Source: Candidatus Micrarchaeota archaeon
GTDB lineage: Archaea > Micrarchaeota > Micrarchaeia > Anstonellales > Bilamarchaeaceae
Reading direction: 5' to 3'
DNA length: 64,000 bases
NCBI GenBank assembly: GCA_043812915.1
Contig: JBDRLQ010000012.1
Span: 1 to 64,000, forward strand
The position numbers were made by a program, and so were the translations under genes. The notes under the pieces are model-generated. The model did not search any database and was not told the origin of the DNA. It saw only the letters and a list, made by a program, of their open reading frames with translations. Below, one piece after another: positions 28,436 through 37,037 of the stretch (positions within the stretch are counted from its first letter, which is position 1; every line of letters starts with the position of its first letter).

Positions 28436-30739
28436 CTATTCTCCTTCAGGCGGAAGCCCTCCAGGGCCAATCGGCCCTGATGTTGGGCCGACCGACGGAA
28501 TGAGGTAGAACTGCATAGGGCCTGCGGATCCCTTGTTCCCTGCCCCATCCCTGCAAGTTACAGTCAGGGTGTGGCTTTCCCTCTGGTCTGGGGGCGTCAG
28601 CCCCGTGTGCACAGTCTGCTCTGAGCCTGTGGGGTAGGTGTCGCTCCCTGCAGTATGGCCATCGAACGCCCAGTTGCAGGACACAGAATCATACTGCGTG
28701 TCCACAACTGTGAACCCAATTGCGAACGGGGATGCGACTTCCCCGCCCGGCTTCGGATAGGTTATCTGTACGCTCGGGCCCGACGAATCAATCCTGATTG
28801 TCACCACATTGCCCTTGGCCCCCTCATTTCCTGAGGCATCCCTTGCCTTAATGTAGTAGTCGTAGGTCAGCCCTCCCTTTACATCCCGGTCAGTATATGA
28901 CGTCTGGTATGAGGAATGGTAGAGGCTGTAGCTTTGCCCATTGACCCTCCTGTAGATTGAGTAGCTCTTGATATCAGAGCCTTTATCGGGCCTGCTCCAT
29001 GACAGGTACACGGCACCATCCTGCAATTGCCCGTCAAGGTCAGTTACAGTCCCGGGCTTCTCGGAATCCAGGTATATTGAGGCATGGTCATTTCCGGTGC
29101 CGTAGTCATTCTTGCACTCCACATAGACGGTTTTCCGCCCCTCTCCGGCACTCAGTGTCCATGAGATGTCCCTGCCTGTGTGCGTGAACCAGTCACCGAA
29201 ATCATCCTCGCTGTTCCTTAGCCTGCATTTGCTCGCATACAGGCTATCGATAATCAGGGTAACTCTCCTTGAAGAAGTGTGCGAATCATCATTGTTTATC
29301 TCAAGGCGAACGTCGGGCGCGACAGGCGGAATCTGACTGAGGGTTATGCTCCCGATTGATGTTCCGACGGAGTTGTTGCTCCTGTCATTGCACTGGTAGT
29401 GCACCGTCTTGAGCCCGTCTCCCTGCGTCAGCTTCCAGTTCTTGCTCCTTACATATAGCTCATACGGGCTCCACTGGAGGTCCTCGTTGGAGAACCTGCA
29501 CCTGGATGCGCCGAATGCGTAAAGCCCGAGCACAACATCCCTCGTGTTGGTGACCTGGTCACCGTTGTTTATTATGACTGATATATAAGGCGGCGGGCTG
29601 GTGTCAAGGACAATGCTATCCGAGGCTATTACTGAGAGCGTTCCAGAGCTGTCCTTGCACTGCACATACACCACTTTCTCACCGTCACCGGAAGTGAGCG
29701 ACCAGCTCTTCTGCGCTACATATGATGACCATCCGGTCCAGTCCACATTGTCGTTGGAGTACCTGCAGTCGGAGGCTCCATCGCTGGAAACATCCAACGT
29801 GACGCTTGTTGTATCGGTGTATCCAGAGCCGCTCTCAATGCGGACGGTCGCTGGCAGCAGCTTTGTGACCTTGAAAGAGACGCTGCCGCTCTTTCCGGTG
29901 TTCGCCTCATCGGAGCATTCCACATATAATGTGTGCTGTCCCTCTGCCGGGTGCAGCTTCACGCTGTGGGTGCTTCCTGTCTCGCTCACCCCGATGTCGA
30001 ATTGGTTGCCGTCCAGGTAACCTATGCATGTAACTGTGGCCGCGCTGTCGGTCACCGTGAATGTGACATCAACGTTCTGGCTGTATTCCTGACCCTGCGC
30101 GGGGTTGGATATGGTGACTTCAGGCAGGACCGTGTCAAGCGTGATTGTCGATGACACCGGGCCTGCTACATTGCCGACCTTGTCCTTGCATTCGGCATAA
30201 ACCGTTTTCATCCCGTCTCCGGAAGTGAGCTGCCAGTTGTAAGTGCCGGCGTACTCCATCCAGCCCTCCCAGGTGGTCCCGTCATTCGAGAACCTGCATG
30301 CGGTAGCACCGTTGGCAGAAACAGTCAGCTGCACGCTTGTGCTGTTGGCGTGCGTCCCGTCGCCGTTGATTGCCAGGGTGAGCCTGTCCGGAGGCGTGGT
30401 ATCTGCGGTCGCAGAAGCCTGGTTCAAGTTTCCGTCCTCGGAGCCGCTTGTAGTGACGGCCCTGACAGCATAGTAGTAAGTATCTCCGTCGATTACATCG
30501 GAGTCGGTATACTTGGTGCCTGTAAGCACCGCGGGATTAATTTTGCTGCCAAGAGATCCTTTCTCCATGCTCTTGTAGACATTGTATCCCGCAACGCTCG
30601 CAGAGGGCGATGCCCCCCAGGTAACCTCAATGCCACCCTTGACAGCTTCCGCGCTGATTTCTGCGGGCGCAGAAGGCCCGAGACAGCCCGAGAGCATCAC
30701 CAAAACCAGAAGACCAATTAGAAATACCGTCTTTTTCAT
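28436..30739 (-). CDS. surface lipoprotein with FN3 and repeated Ig-like domains
   Basis: MLSGC lipobox, two FN3 units (YYYAVRAV, YDYYIKARD) and four CRxSN...W-L-x-GDG-K-V-Y-x-x-C-like repeats. Confidence 0.88.
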   Translation of the reverse strand: MKKTVFLIGLLVLVMLSGCLGPSAPAEISAEAVKGGIEVTWGASPSASVAGYNVYKSMEKGSLGSKINPAVLTGTKYTDSDVIDGDTYYYAVRAVTTSGSEDGNLNQASATADTTPPDRLTLAINGDGTHANSTSVQLTVSANGATACRFSNDGTTWEGWMEYAGTYNWQLTSGDGMKTVYAECKDKVGNVAGPVSSTITLDTVLPEVTISNPAQGQEYSQNVDVTFTVTDSAATVTCIGYLDGNQFDIGVSETGSTHSVKLHPAEGQHTLYVECSDEANTGKSGSVSFKVTKLLPATVRIESGSGYTDTTSVTLDVSSDGASDCRYSNDNVDWTGWSSYVAQKSWSLTSGDGEKVVYVQCKDSSGTLSVIASDSIVLDTSPPPYISVIINNGDQVTNTRDVVLGLYAFGASRCRFSNEDLQWSPYELYVRSKNWKLTQGDGLKTVHYQCNDRSNNSVGTSIGSITLSQIPPVAPDVRLEINNDDSHTSSRRVTLIIDSLYASKCRLRNSEDDFGDWFTHTGRDISWTLSAGEGRKTVYVECKNDYGTGNDHASIYLDSEKPGTVTDLDGQLQDGAVYLSWSRPDKGSDIKSYSIYRRVNGQSYSLYHSSYQTSYTDRDVKGGLTYDYYIKARDASGNEGAKGNVVTIRIDSSGPSVQITYPKPGGEVASPFAIGFTVVDTQYDSVSCNWAFDGHTAGSDTYPTGSEQTVHTGLTPPDQRESHTLTVTCRDGAGNKGSAGPMQFYLIPSVGPTSGPIGPGGLPPEGE

Positions 30740-30905
30740 ATCAAACACCAAGTGCCAAATGCACTTTTTTGGGAAACAAAATTCCTCCCGTCGAATGAAA
30801 ACAGATAATCTTAATAAAAGCGATTGCTGGTCCAGAAGTAAGAAATCGGTTTATAATCCTTTCTCTGCTATACCAATCCGTTCAGCATCGACCAAGGTGA
30901 GACTC

Positions 30906-30992
30906 ATGATGCCCCTCAAGATAGATGAAGAAGAGGATTGGGAAGAAGAAGATTTCGAAGATGAAGAATGGGATGAGGAAGAGGAGGAATAG
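30906..30992 (+). CDS. 28-aa highly acidic microprotein
   Basis: TTTATAA box, AAGGTGA SD, MMPLKIDEEEDWEEEDFEDEEWDEEEEE, T-tract terminator. Confidence 0.65.
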   Translation: MMPLKIDEEEDWEEEDFEDEEWDEEEEE

Positions 30993-31269
30993 TCCTACAT
31001 CCATTTATCTTTTTTTTAAGCTTTTTAGCTTGGTCGCGTTTTCAAGTAATCGAAACCAGCTTCGTCGAGCTTATCATCGTCGCATCCTCGAATCCGCCCG
31101 GTCAGCGCAAGCGCAAATTAGGTGGCACGAGAGCCCCCGCGAGGACTTGTCCTTAGAAGCAAGTATCTGATTTTCATGCATCTGGTTGCCTGGCAACAGT
31201 TTACACAAATGTGTAACTGTGAAAAACATCAGGTATTTAAGCACTTTCTGCCCTTTTCTGGTTTTAAAA

Positions 31270-31392
31270 GGGCCCGTGGCGCAGCCTGGACAGCGCGGCA
31301 GCCTTCTAAGCTGAAGGTCGGGGGTTCAAATAGCCTTTTTAACTGGTGTTCTCATAATCCAGTAGAAGGTTTAGGAAGTCCCCCCGGGCCCG
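31270..31392 (+). tRNA. tRNA-Arg(TCT) with 48-nt T-loop intron (~31331-31378)
   Basis: GGGCCCG/CGGGCCC acceptor, CT-TCT-AA loop, GGGGG-TTCAAA[hairpin insert]T-CCCCC; mature length 75 nt. Confidence 0.9.
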
Positions 31393-31417
31393 TTTATATT
31401 CCTGAAAAGGTGGTTCT

Positions 31418-31669
31418 ATGAAGATGGATGTTTCCCAGATTTCGGAGATGTTGAGTGCTCTTGTTACCGATTCTACTATTCCAAAGAACATAAGGAAAGC
31501 CCTCTCAGAGGCAAAAGGCCGCCTGGATGGAGAAGAGGAAATCAACGTCAAGGTAAGCGCTGCTATTTATCTTGTTGAATCGATTAGCGATGACATTAAC
31601 ATGCCCGCACACGCCAGAACGCAGGTGTGGGCCATTCTCAGCGCGCTGGAATCAATCAAGAGGTCCTAA
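31418..31669 (+). CDS. UPF0147 family protein
   Basis: DSTIPKNIRK...DINMPAHARTQVWAILSALESI. Confidence 0.92.
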   Translation: MKMDVSQISEMLSALVTDSTIPKNIRKALSEAKGRLDGEEEINVKVSAAIYLVESISDDINMPAHARTQVWAILSALESIKRS

Positions 31670-31698
31670 CGCGCTAAGGATTTGTCGGGATTGGTGGA

Positions 31699-33132
31699 AT
31701 GCTTGACAAACTCAGCCAGAAGGGAGTGCGGCTGTCACTGGATGCAGAAACATTGCTGATGTCCAGCGACGGCAGGGATGCCGCAGTGGAGAAGCTCCTG
31801 CTTCTGGATAAGCCTTTTTTTAGCAAGGAAGACGTCGAGAAAGCGCTATTGGATGCCAAGAGAGTCGAAATCATCCGCCCCCGCGCCTTCAGGGCAGAGG
31901 CCAGGGAGCACTCCGCCGACGTGCAGGTAATCCACAGCAGGGATGTCACCGGCAAGTCCCGGACAAGGGGGGACGTCGGCAATTTCGTGAACTACTTCAG
32001 GAACCGGTATGAACGGCTCTCCCGGATGCTCAAGCAGAAGAGCAGCAACGCAACGCATTGCGACCTTGCCGACCTCAAGAGGCAGCTCAACCAGAAGGTC
32101 AGGATGATAGTGCTGGTATCTGACAAAAGGGAGACCAAGAAAGGCAACCTCCTCCTGGAAGTTGAGGATCTGACCGGAACGTTCAAGGTTGTTGTCTCCA
32201 AATCAGGCAGGGATGAGAAGGCGGCCGAGCAGGCAAAGGGGATAATGCTCGATGATGTTGTCGCAATCACGGGCAAGGTGCTCGAGGCCTTCATGATTGC
32301 AGAGGACATCGAATGGCCGGAAACGCCAATTCTCAGGGAGCCGAAGCTCACCGAGGAGGACCTTGCTATTGCGTACCTCTCTGATTTGCACTTCGGCAGC
32401 AGATACTTCCTGGAAAAGCACCTTGATTCATTCTCCGACTGGCTGCATGGGAGGGGCAAGGCCACCGAGCTTGCCGGAAAGGTGAAATACATCCTGATTG
32501 CAGGCGATGTTGTCGATGGGATTGGGATATATCCAAGGCAGGAGAACGAGCTTATTGTGAAGGATATCTATTCCCAGTACGGGATGTTCGACGATTTCAT
32601 CGAGGGCCTTCCAGATGACGTGGAGGTCATTGTGTCCCCAGGCAATCACGACGCCGTCCGCAGGGGGGAGCCGATGCCCGCAATCAGCGAAGAGCTAATC
32701 AAGTCCAATGTCGTGAGGGTAGGAAGCCCGTCGATGGTGAAGCTGCATGGGATAAAGCACCTGGTCTATCACGGCACTTCGATAGATTCCATGATTGCCA
32801 ACCTCCCCAACGCCTCATATATGCACCCGGAGAAGGTGATGATGGAATATCTCAAAAGGAGGCATCTTTCCCCGCTATATGGGGGGAATCTCATTATTCC
32901 AGAGGATTTGGACTACCTGGTCATAGACGATGTCCCGGACATCCTCCACTGCGGGCATGTCCATAAGAACGGCTACACCAAATACCGGGGCACCCTGATA
33001 ATTAATTCCGGCACTTTCCAGGACAGGACTGATTTCCAGGTGAAGCAGGGGCATGTGCCAACGCCTGCCCTGGTTCCCGTGTATGAGACCAAATATGGCC
33101 GCCTCAAGACGCTCGACTTTAAGAGCAACTGA
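31699..33132 (+). CDS. polB: DNA polymerase D small (exonuclease) subunit DP1
   Basis: YFRNRY, OB fold EDLTG, SDLHFGS, AGDVVDGIGIYP, PGNHD, RRHLSPLYG, GHVH. Confidence 0.95.
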   Translation: MLDKLSQKGVRLSLDAETLLMSSDGRDAAVEKLLLLDKPFFSKEDVEKALLDAKRVEIIRPRAFRAEAREHSADVQVIHSRDVTGKSRTRGDVGNFVNYFRNRYERLSRMLKQKSSNATHCDLADLKRQLNQKVRMIVLVSDKRETKKGNLLLEVEDLTGTFKVVVSKSGRDEKAAEQAKGIMLDDVVAITGKVLEAFMIAEDIEWPETPILREPKLTEEDLAIAYLSDLHFGSRYFLEKHLDSFSDWLHGRGKATELAGKVKYILIAGDVVDGIGIYPRQENELIVKDIYSQYGMFDDFIEGLPDDVEVIVSPGNHDAVRRGEPMPAISEELIKSNVVRVGSPSMVKLHGIKHLVYHGTSIDSMIANLPNASYMHPEKVMMEYLKRRHLSPLYGGNLIIPEDLDYLVIDDVPDILHCGHVHKNGYTKYRGTLIINSGTFQDRTDFQVKQGHVPTPALVPVYETKYGRLKTLDFKSN

Positions 33133-33264
33133 GACTCTGACTGGTATTTACAGACGTGGGGCACCATTCTCGGAAGAAGGTTTATAAACTTAAATCACGA
33201 ATAGAGTACGACGTGATGGTGATTAGGGTTAAGGCCCGCCAATCGCCAGCATAGGGTGGTTAGT

Positions 33265-33522
33265 ATGGCCAAATATTTACTCGCAAGGCAACTCTCTGGG
33301 AAGAAAGTAGTGACGAACGAAGGCGAAGATTTCGGAAGGCTCGTTGACATGAATGTCAATGAAGTTACCGGTAGGATAGAGCACCTAGTTGTTGAACCCA
33401 ACCCAGACAGCAGCCTAGCAGACAAGATGAGAAAGGAGGACGGCATGGTCCATGTGCACTATGAGAGCGTGCTGGCCGTCGGCGATTTCATCATTGTCGA
33501 AAAGAGAAACATGACCTATTAG
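33265..33522 (+). CDS. PRC-barrel domain protein (CdpB-like)
   Basis: LSGKKVVTNEGEDFGRLVD...TGRIEHLVVEP...VLAVGDFIIV. Confidence 0.88.
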   Translation: MAKYLLARQLSGKKVVTNEGEDFGRLVDMNVNEVTGRIEHLVVEPNPDSSLADKMRKEDGMVHVHYESVLAVGDFIIVEKRNMTY

Positions 33523-33533
33523 ATTTCCTTTTT

Positions 33534-34230
33534 ATGTTTTCATATATTGCCGGGATCGATGAAGCCGGCAGAGAGCTGTGAGGGATTCCCCTTTTAGCCT
33601 GCAAGTCCCGTCATCGGTCCGCTGGTTGTATGCTGCGCCTACTGTAGAAGGGGCGATGAGAAAAAGCTGAGAGCCTCAGCCAGCAAGGATTCCAAGAAGC
33701 TAACTCCAAAGAAGCGAGAGGAGGCGCTTGCAGAACTCAAGAAATTCTGCAGCTTCCGCTGGGTGGAGGTGAGCGCGGATGACCTCAACCGCCTTATGAA
33801 GACCATGTCCCTCAACGACATCGAGGCCATGGTGATGTGCGACCTCATCAAGCAGCTCCGCGTCGGCATGGATATCATGATAGACATGCCTGACCGCTAT
33901 TCATGGACCTTCAGGAAGAGAATGGAGAAATTCGGGGTGGATAAGTTCGAGGCAGAGCACAAGGCTGATGAGACCTATCCCATCGTTGCGGCCGCTTCCA
34001 TATACGCAAAGGTGCTCCGCGACAAGAAGGTCTCTGAGATTGCCAAGCTGGTCGGAGATTTCGGCAGTGGCTATCCAGGGGACAAGAAGACCTCCAACGC
34101 GCTCAAGGACATGGAGTTCATGACTAAGCTCAAGCCTTTTATCCGTGAGCGGTGGAAGACGATAGAGGATTTGAAGCAGAAGAAGCTTTTTGGGGATGAG
34201 CAAGATGGCGAAAGTGACGATTCTGAATGA
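33534..34230 (+). CDS. rnhB: ribonuclease HII, join(33534..33573,33605..34230)
   Basis: Spliced product is MFSYIAGIDEAGRGPVIGPLVV...KDSKKL...LNDIE...ID...HKADETYPIVAAASIYAKVLRD...FGSGYPGD (221 aa). The unspliced frame stops at TGA 33579-33581. Confidence 0.93.
33574..33604 (+). other. predicted bulge-helix-bulge intron in rnhB mRNA (31 nt)
   Basis: GCAG-AG|A-GCTG...TAGC-CTGC-AA|G: 4-bp helix, two 3-nt bulges, inner hairpin and exon-exon outer helix. Confidence 0.88.
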
Positions 34231-34480
34231 TAATGTGAGTTTTGAGGTTCCTGATGGCGCTAGGCTGATGCCCTACGCCAAGGAGAATTCCGGCCTGATG
34301 TTCGGCTGCGGGAAAGGGGAGTGCGGCATATGCATCTGCACGGTCGTAAAGGGCGCTGAGAATCTCAACAAGAGGACTGACAAGGAGTATCAGCATCTCC
34401 AGTCCCGGGGAGCCACCCCTGCACAGCGCCTCGCCTGCCAGGTTGTCGTGAACAAGGGAGAAGTAACAATCGAGTACTGA
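34205..34480 (+). CDS. 2Fe-2S ferredoxin
   Basis: FGCGKGECGIC...RLACQ. Confidence 0.92.
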   Translation: MAKVTILNDNVSFEVPDGARLMPYAKENSGLMFGCGKGECGICICTVVKGAENLNKRTDKEYQHLQSRGATPAQRLACQVVVNKGEVTIEY

Positions 34481-34518
34481 TTCTAAAAAATAAGAAAAAG
34501 AAAAAATGAGAAGCCGCT

Positions 34519-35241
34519 TTAGTCGTGCGGCTCTACTGTTATATGTCCCTTCATCGCCATGTAGGTGAGGGCGTAGTACTCGCAGGTCACCGCTTTTTTC
34601 ATGGTGACGCTTGCCTGCTCTCCCGGGCCGATGATATCACTGTCAAAGATCTCAACCCCGTTGAGGTAGCAGGTTGCAGAGCGCGGGTATGCTCCCTCGT
34701 TCACCCACGTGACAACGTCATCCACGTTCACGGTAATCTGCGCAGGCTCGAATGCGAAGTCCTTTATTTTCACCGTGTATTCCTGAGGCAGGTATTCAGC
34801 CGGCTCATACTCCACAGTGAATGTCACCTCCTTCACGATGGGGGGTGAGTATGCAGTGTGGTCGTTGTTCATGAGCTCAATCCTCAGGGTGTGCGTTCCA
34901 GGGTTAATCCCGGTGAGCGTGTATGTCTTCTCGCTCACTACGATGGCGTTTCCCCCATCAAGCATGAAGTGGAAATGCCCCTCTCCCTTCTTGGCAGCTC
35001 CTCCAGGTGTCTTGATGATGAGGTTCATCGCCGATACTGATACCGTCACTTCGGCATTTTCCTCAGCGCTTTTTACGACTGCACCGGCTGCCGGGCTCAC
35101 GATTGTGAAGCTAGGCATCGGGATTGTCACATCCTCTCCAGGAGGGGTTTCCCCTTCGGGCTCTTCCGGTACTTCGGGCTCGCCGAGGCATCCGAAGAGC
35201 AGTATTGAAAACAGCAGCATGCTGATAATTAACTTACTCAT
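34519..35241 (-). CDS. lipoprotein with His-containing Ig-like domain and cupredoxin-like domain
   Basis: LLFGC; GEGHFHFMLDG, PGTHTL, NNDH; FAFEPAQITVNVDDVVTWVN. Confidence 0.82.
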   Translation of the reverse strand: MSKLIISMLLFSILLFGCLGEPEVPEEPEGETPPGEDVTIPMPSFTIVSPAAGAVVKSAEENAEVTVSVSAMNLIIKTPGGAAKKGEGHFHFMLDGGNAIVVSEKTYTLTGINPGTHTLRIELMNNDHTAYSPPIVKEVTFTVEYEPAEYLPQEYTVKIKDFAFEPAQITVNVDDVVTWVNEGAYPRSATCYLNGVEIFDSDIIGPGEQASVTMKKAVTCEYYALTYMAMKGHITVEPHD

Positions 35242-35306
35242 AAGTTTCACCTTGTTTCCTCTTACTCGCGAAAGTGTATTAAACACTTCGCAGATGATGG
35301 ATATCA

Positions 35307-35951
35307 ATGATTCATGCCGCGCTATTCGATTTTGACGGGGTAATCGTGAAATCCGAGCCCCTGCACAAGAAGACCTTCCTGAACATCCTCTCCCCATATG
35401 GAGTGGAGATTTCAGATCAGCGCTGGTTCCAGGAATTCGCCGGAACCGGCTCCAGGCGCATTTTCAGGGCCCTGATGGATGAGTATGGGATTGACGCGGA
35501 CGTTGAGGAATTCGCGGAGAAGAGGAGGGCGATATTCATGCAGATGTGCAGGGACGGCCGGATGCATGAGATGGACGGCCTGAAGGAATTCCTCAAGCTT
35601 CTGGAGGAGAAGGGCGTGAAGGCGGCAATCGTCTCCGGAGGCAACCGCGGCTACATAGAGTTGCTTCTGGAATCCCTCGGTATAAAAGACTCATTCTCAT
35701 TCATAGTGAGCGCTGATGACATCCCGCAGAGGAAGCCCGACCCAGAGCCATTCCTGCTCGCTTCCAGGGAGCTTGGGGTGCCACCAGAAGAGTGCCTGGT
35801 CATCGAGGACTCATATGCCGGTTGCAAGGCGGGGAGGGCTGCTGGAATGAAGGTCGCATGGCTAAGGCCATATCCTTCCATGGAGCCGCCTGAGTGCGAC
35901 CTGGTGATTGAAAACCTGAAGAATGAAGGGCTGAAATCACTACTCGGCTGA
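35307..35951 (+). CDS. HAD-family phosphatase (beta-PGM-like)
   Basis: LFDFDGV, KPDPEP, VIEDSYAG. Confidence 0.92.
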   Translation: MIHAALFDFDGVIVKSEPLHKKTFLNILSPYGVEISDQRWFQEFAGTGSRRIFRALMDEYGIDADVEEFAEKRRAIFMQMCRDGRMHEMDGLKEFLKLLEEKGVKAAIVSGGNRGYIELLLESLGIKDSFSFIVSADDIPQRKPDPEPFLLASRELGVPPEECLVIEDSYAGCKAGRAAGMKVAWLRPYPSMEPPECDLVIENLKNEGLKSLLG

Positions 35952-36926
35952 CATGCGTTTGCCTACCAATGTGGGGGCGTCCCCACTGATGGATGGTGCA
36001 TCTGGCAGTAGAAGGGTTGGAGCATAGCCTGCTTCGAATCTTGAGAGCGCTTCGCCCAACTCATCAACCGACTGGAACCTGTGGGCGGGATTCTTTGCCA
36101 TCGCGCGCAAAATGAGCATGTCAAGCTCTTCGGGTATGAGCGTGTCCACCATCCCGCTTGGAGGCGTCGGCATCATGGCCAGGTGCTGAGTCATAACCGC
36201 AAGCGGATTCCCAATAAAAGGCAGCACCCCGGTGACCATCCGGTAGAGCATCACGCCCATCGCGTAAATGTCTGTCCTCTGGTCAAGTATGTCCTCCATC
36301 ATCTGCTCGGGCGCCATGTAATTCGGAGTGCCGCAGACCCCCGTTCCAGGCGCATCACCATTCATCTCCTGACGGCCTGCGAACACCGTGAAACCGAAGT
36401 CCATGAGCTTGATTATGTCCCCTGGCTGGATCATTACGTTATCAGGCTTCAGGTCCCTGTGGACCAGGCCCATGCTGTGCAGGGGCTCAAGAGCCTCGCA
36501 GAGCTGGAGCATGATTGATTTGGTCCGATTCCATGGAAGCTCTTTAACGGCCTGGAGTTCCTCCCCTAGATTGCGTCCCTCAAGAAGTTCCATCACAAGG
36601 AACCTCATGCCCTCTTCCGTATGTCCATCGTCTATCATGCGGACGACTGAATCGCTGTCTGCAAGATTAAGGACAAATATCTCTTTCTCGAAAACTGCCC
36701 GGTAAAAGCTCTCCCTGGCAATCTTCACCGCTACATGGCTTCCGGACTCATCCTCTGCGCGGTACACCGCTCCGGTGCCACCACTGCCAAGGAGTCCTTT
36801 GAGCCTGTACCTGTTTTTTCCGGCAAGCTCTCTGCCGATAAATGGGTTAGCCTGGCCGCCATCGCTTTTTATCCCCTCCCGGGCTGTACTATCGCCGGAG
36901 CTGCGGCTGAATGCTAGTGTATTCAT
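35940..36926 (-). CDS. bacterial Pkn-type Ser/Thr protein kinase
   Basis: LGSGGTGAVY, VAVK, HRDLKPDN, DFG, GTPNYMAPEQ, TDIYAMG. Confidence 0.95.
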   Translation of the reverse strand: MNTLAFSRSSGDSTAREGIKSDGGQANPFIGRELAGKNRYRLKGLLGSGGTGAVYRAEDESGSHVAVKIARESFYRAVFEKEIFVLNLADSDSVVRMIDDGHTEEGMRFLVMELLEGRNLGEELQAVKELPWNRTKSIMLQLCEALEPLHSMGLVHRDLKPDNVMIQPGDIIKLMDFGFTVFAGRQEMNGDAPGTGVCGTPNYMAPEQMMEDILDQRTDIYAMGVMLYRMVTGVLPFIGNPLAVMTQHLAMMPTPPSGMVDTLIPEELDMLILRAMAKNPAHRFQSVDELGEALSRFEAGYAPTLLLPDAPSISGDAPTLVGKRMSAE

Positions 36927-36931
36927 GTTAT

Positions 36932-36953
36932 AATATATGGTATTTCATATATT
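36932..36953. promoter_or_regulatory. palindrome between TATA box and start codon of the kinase gene
   Basis: AATATATG-N6-CATATATT. Confidence 0.4.
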
Positions 36954-37037
36954 TAAAGGTATCCATTCGGTGTAGAAGCATTTATATTCATGTAATTCGA
37001 TAATTTTCCATACGGAAATTCCGCTTGAGTTGGCTTT

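Noticed and set aside
29100..30350. Repeated DNA segments as a possible CRISPR array
   Set aside because: They are degenerate in-frame protein domain repeats; no repeat-spacer array or cas gene was seen in the window.
33534..33762. rnhB as a frameshifted pseudogene or N-truncated ORF (33763 start)
   Set aside because: All catalytic motifs are intact and the insert boundaries coincide with BHB cleavage positions.
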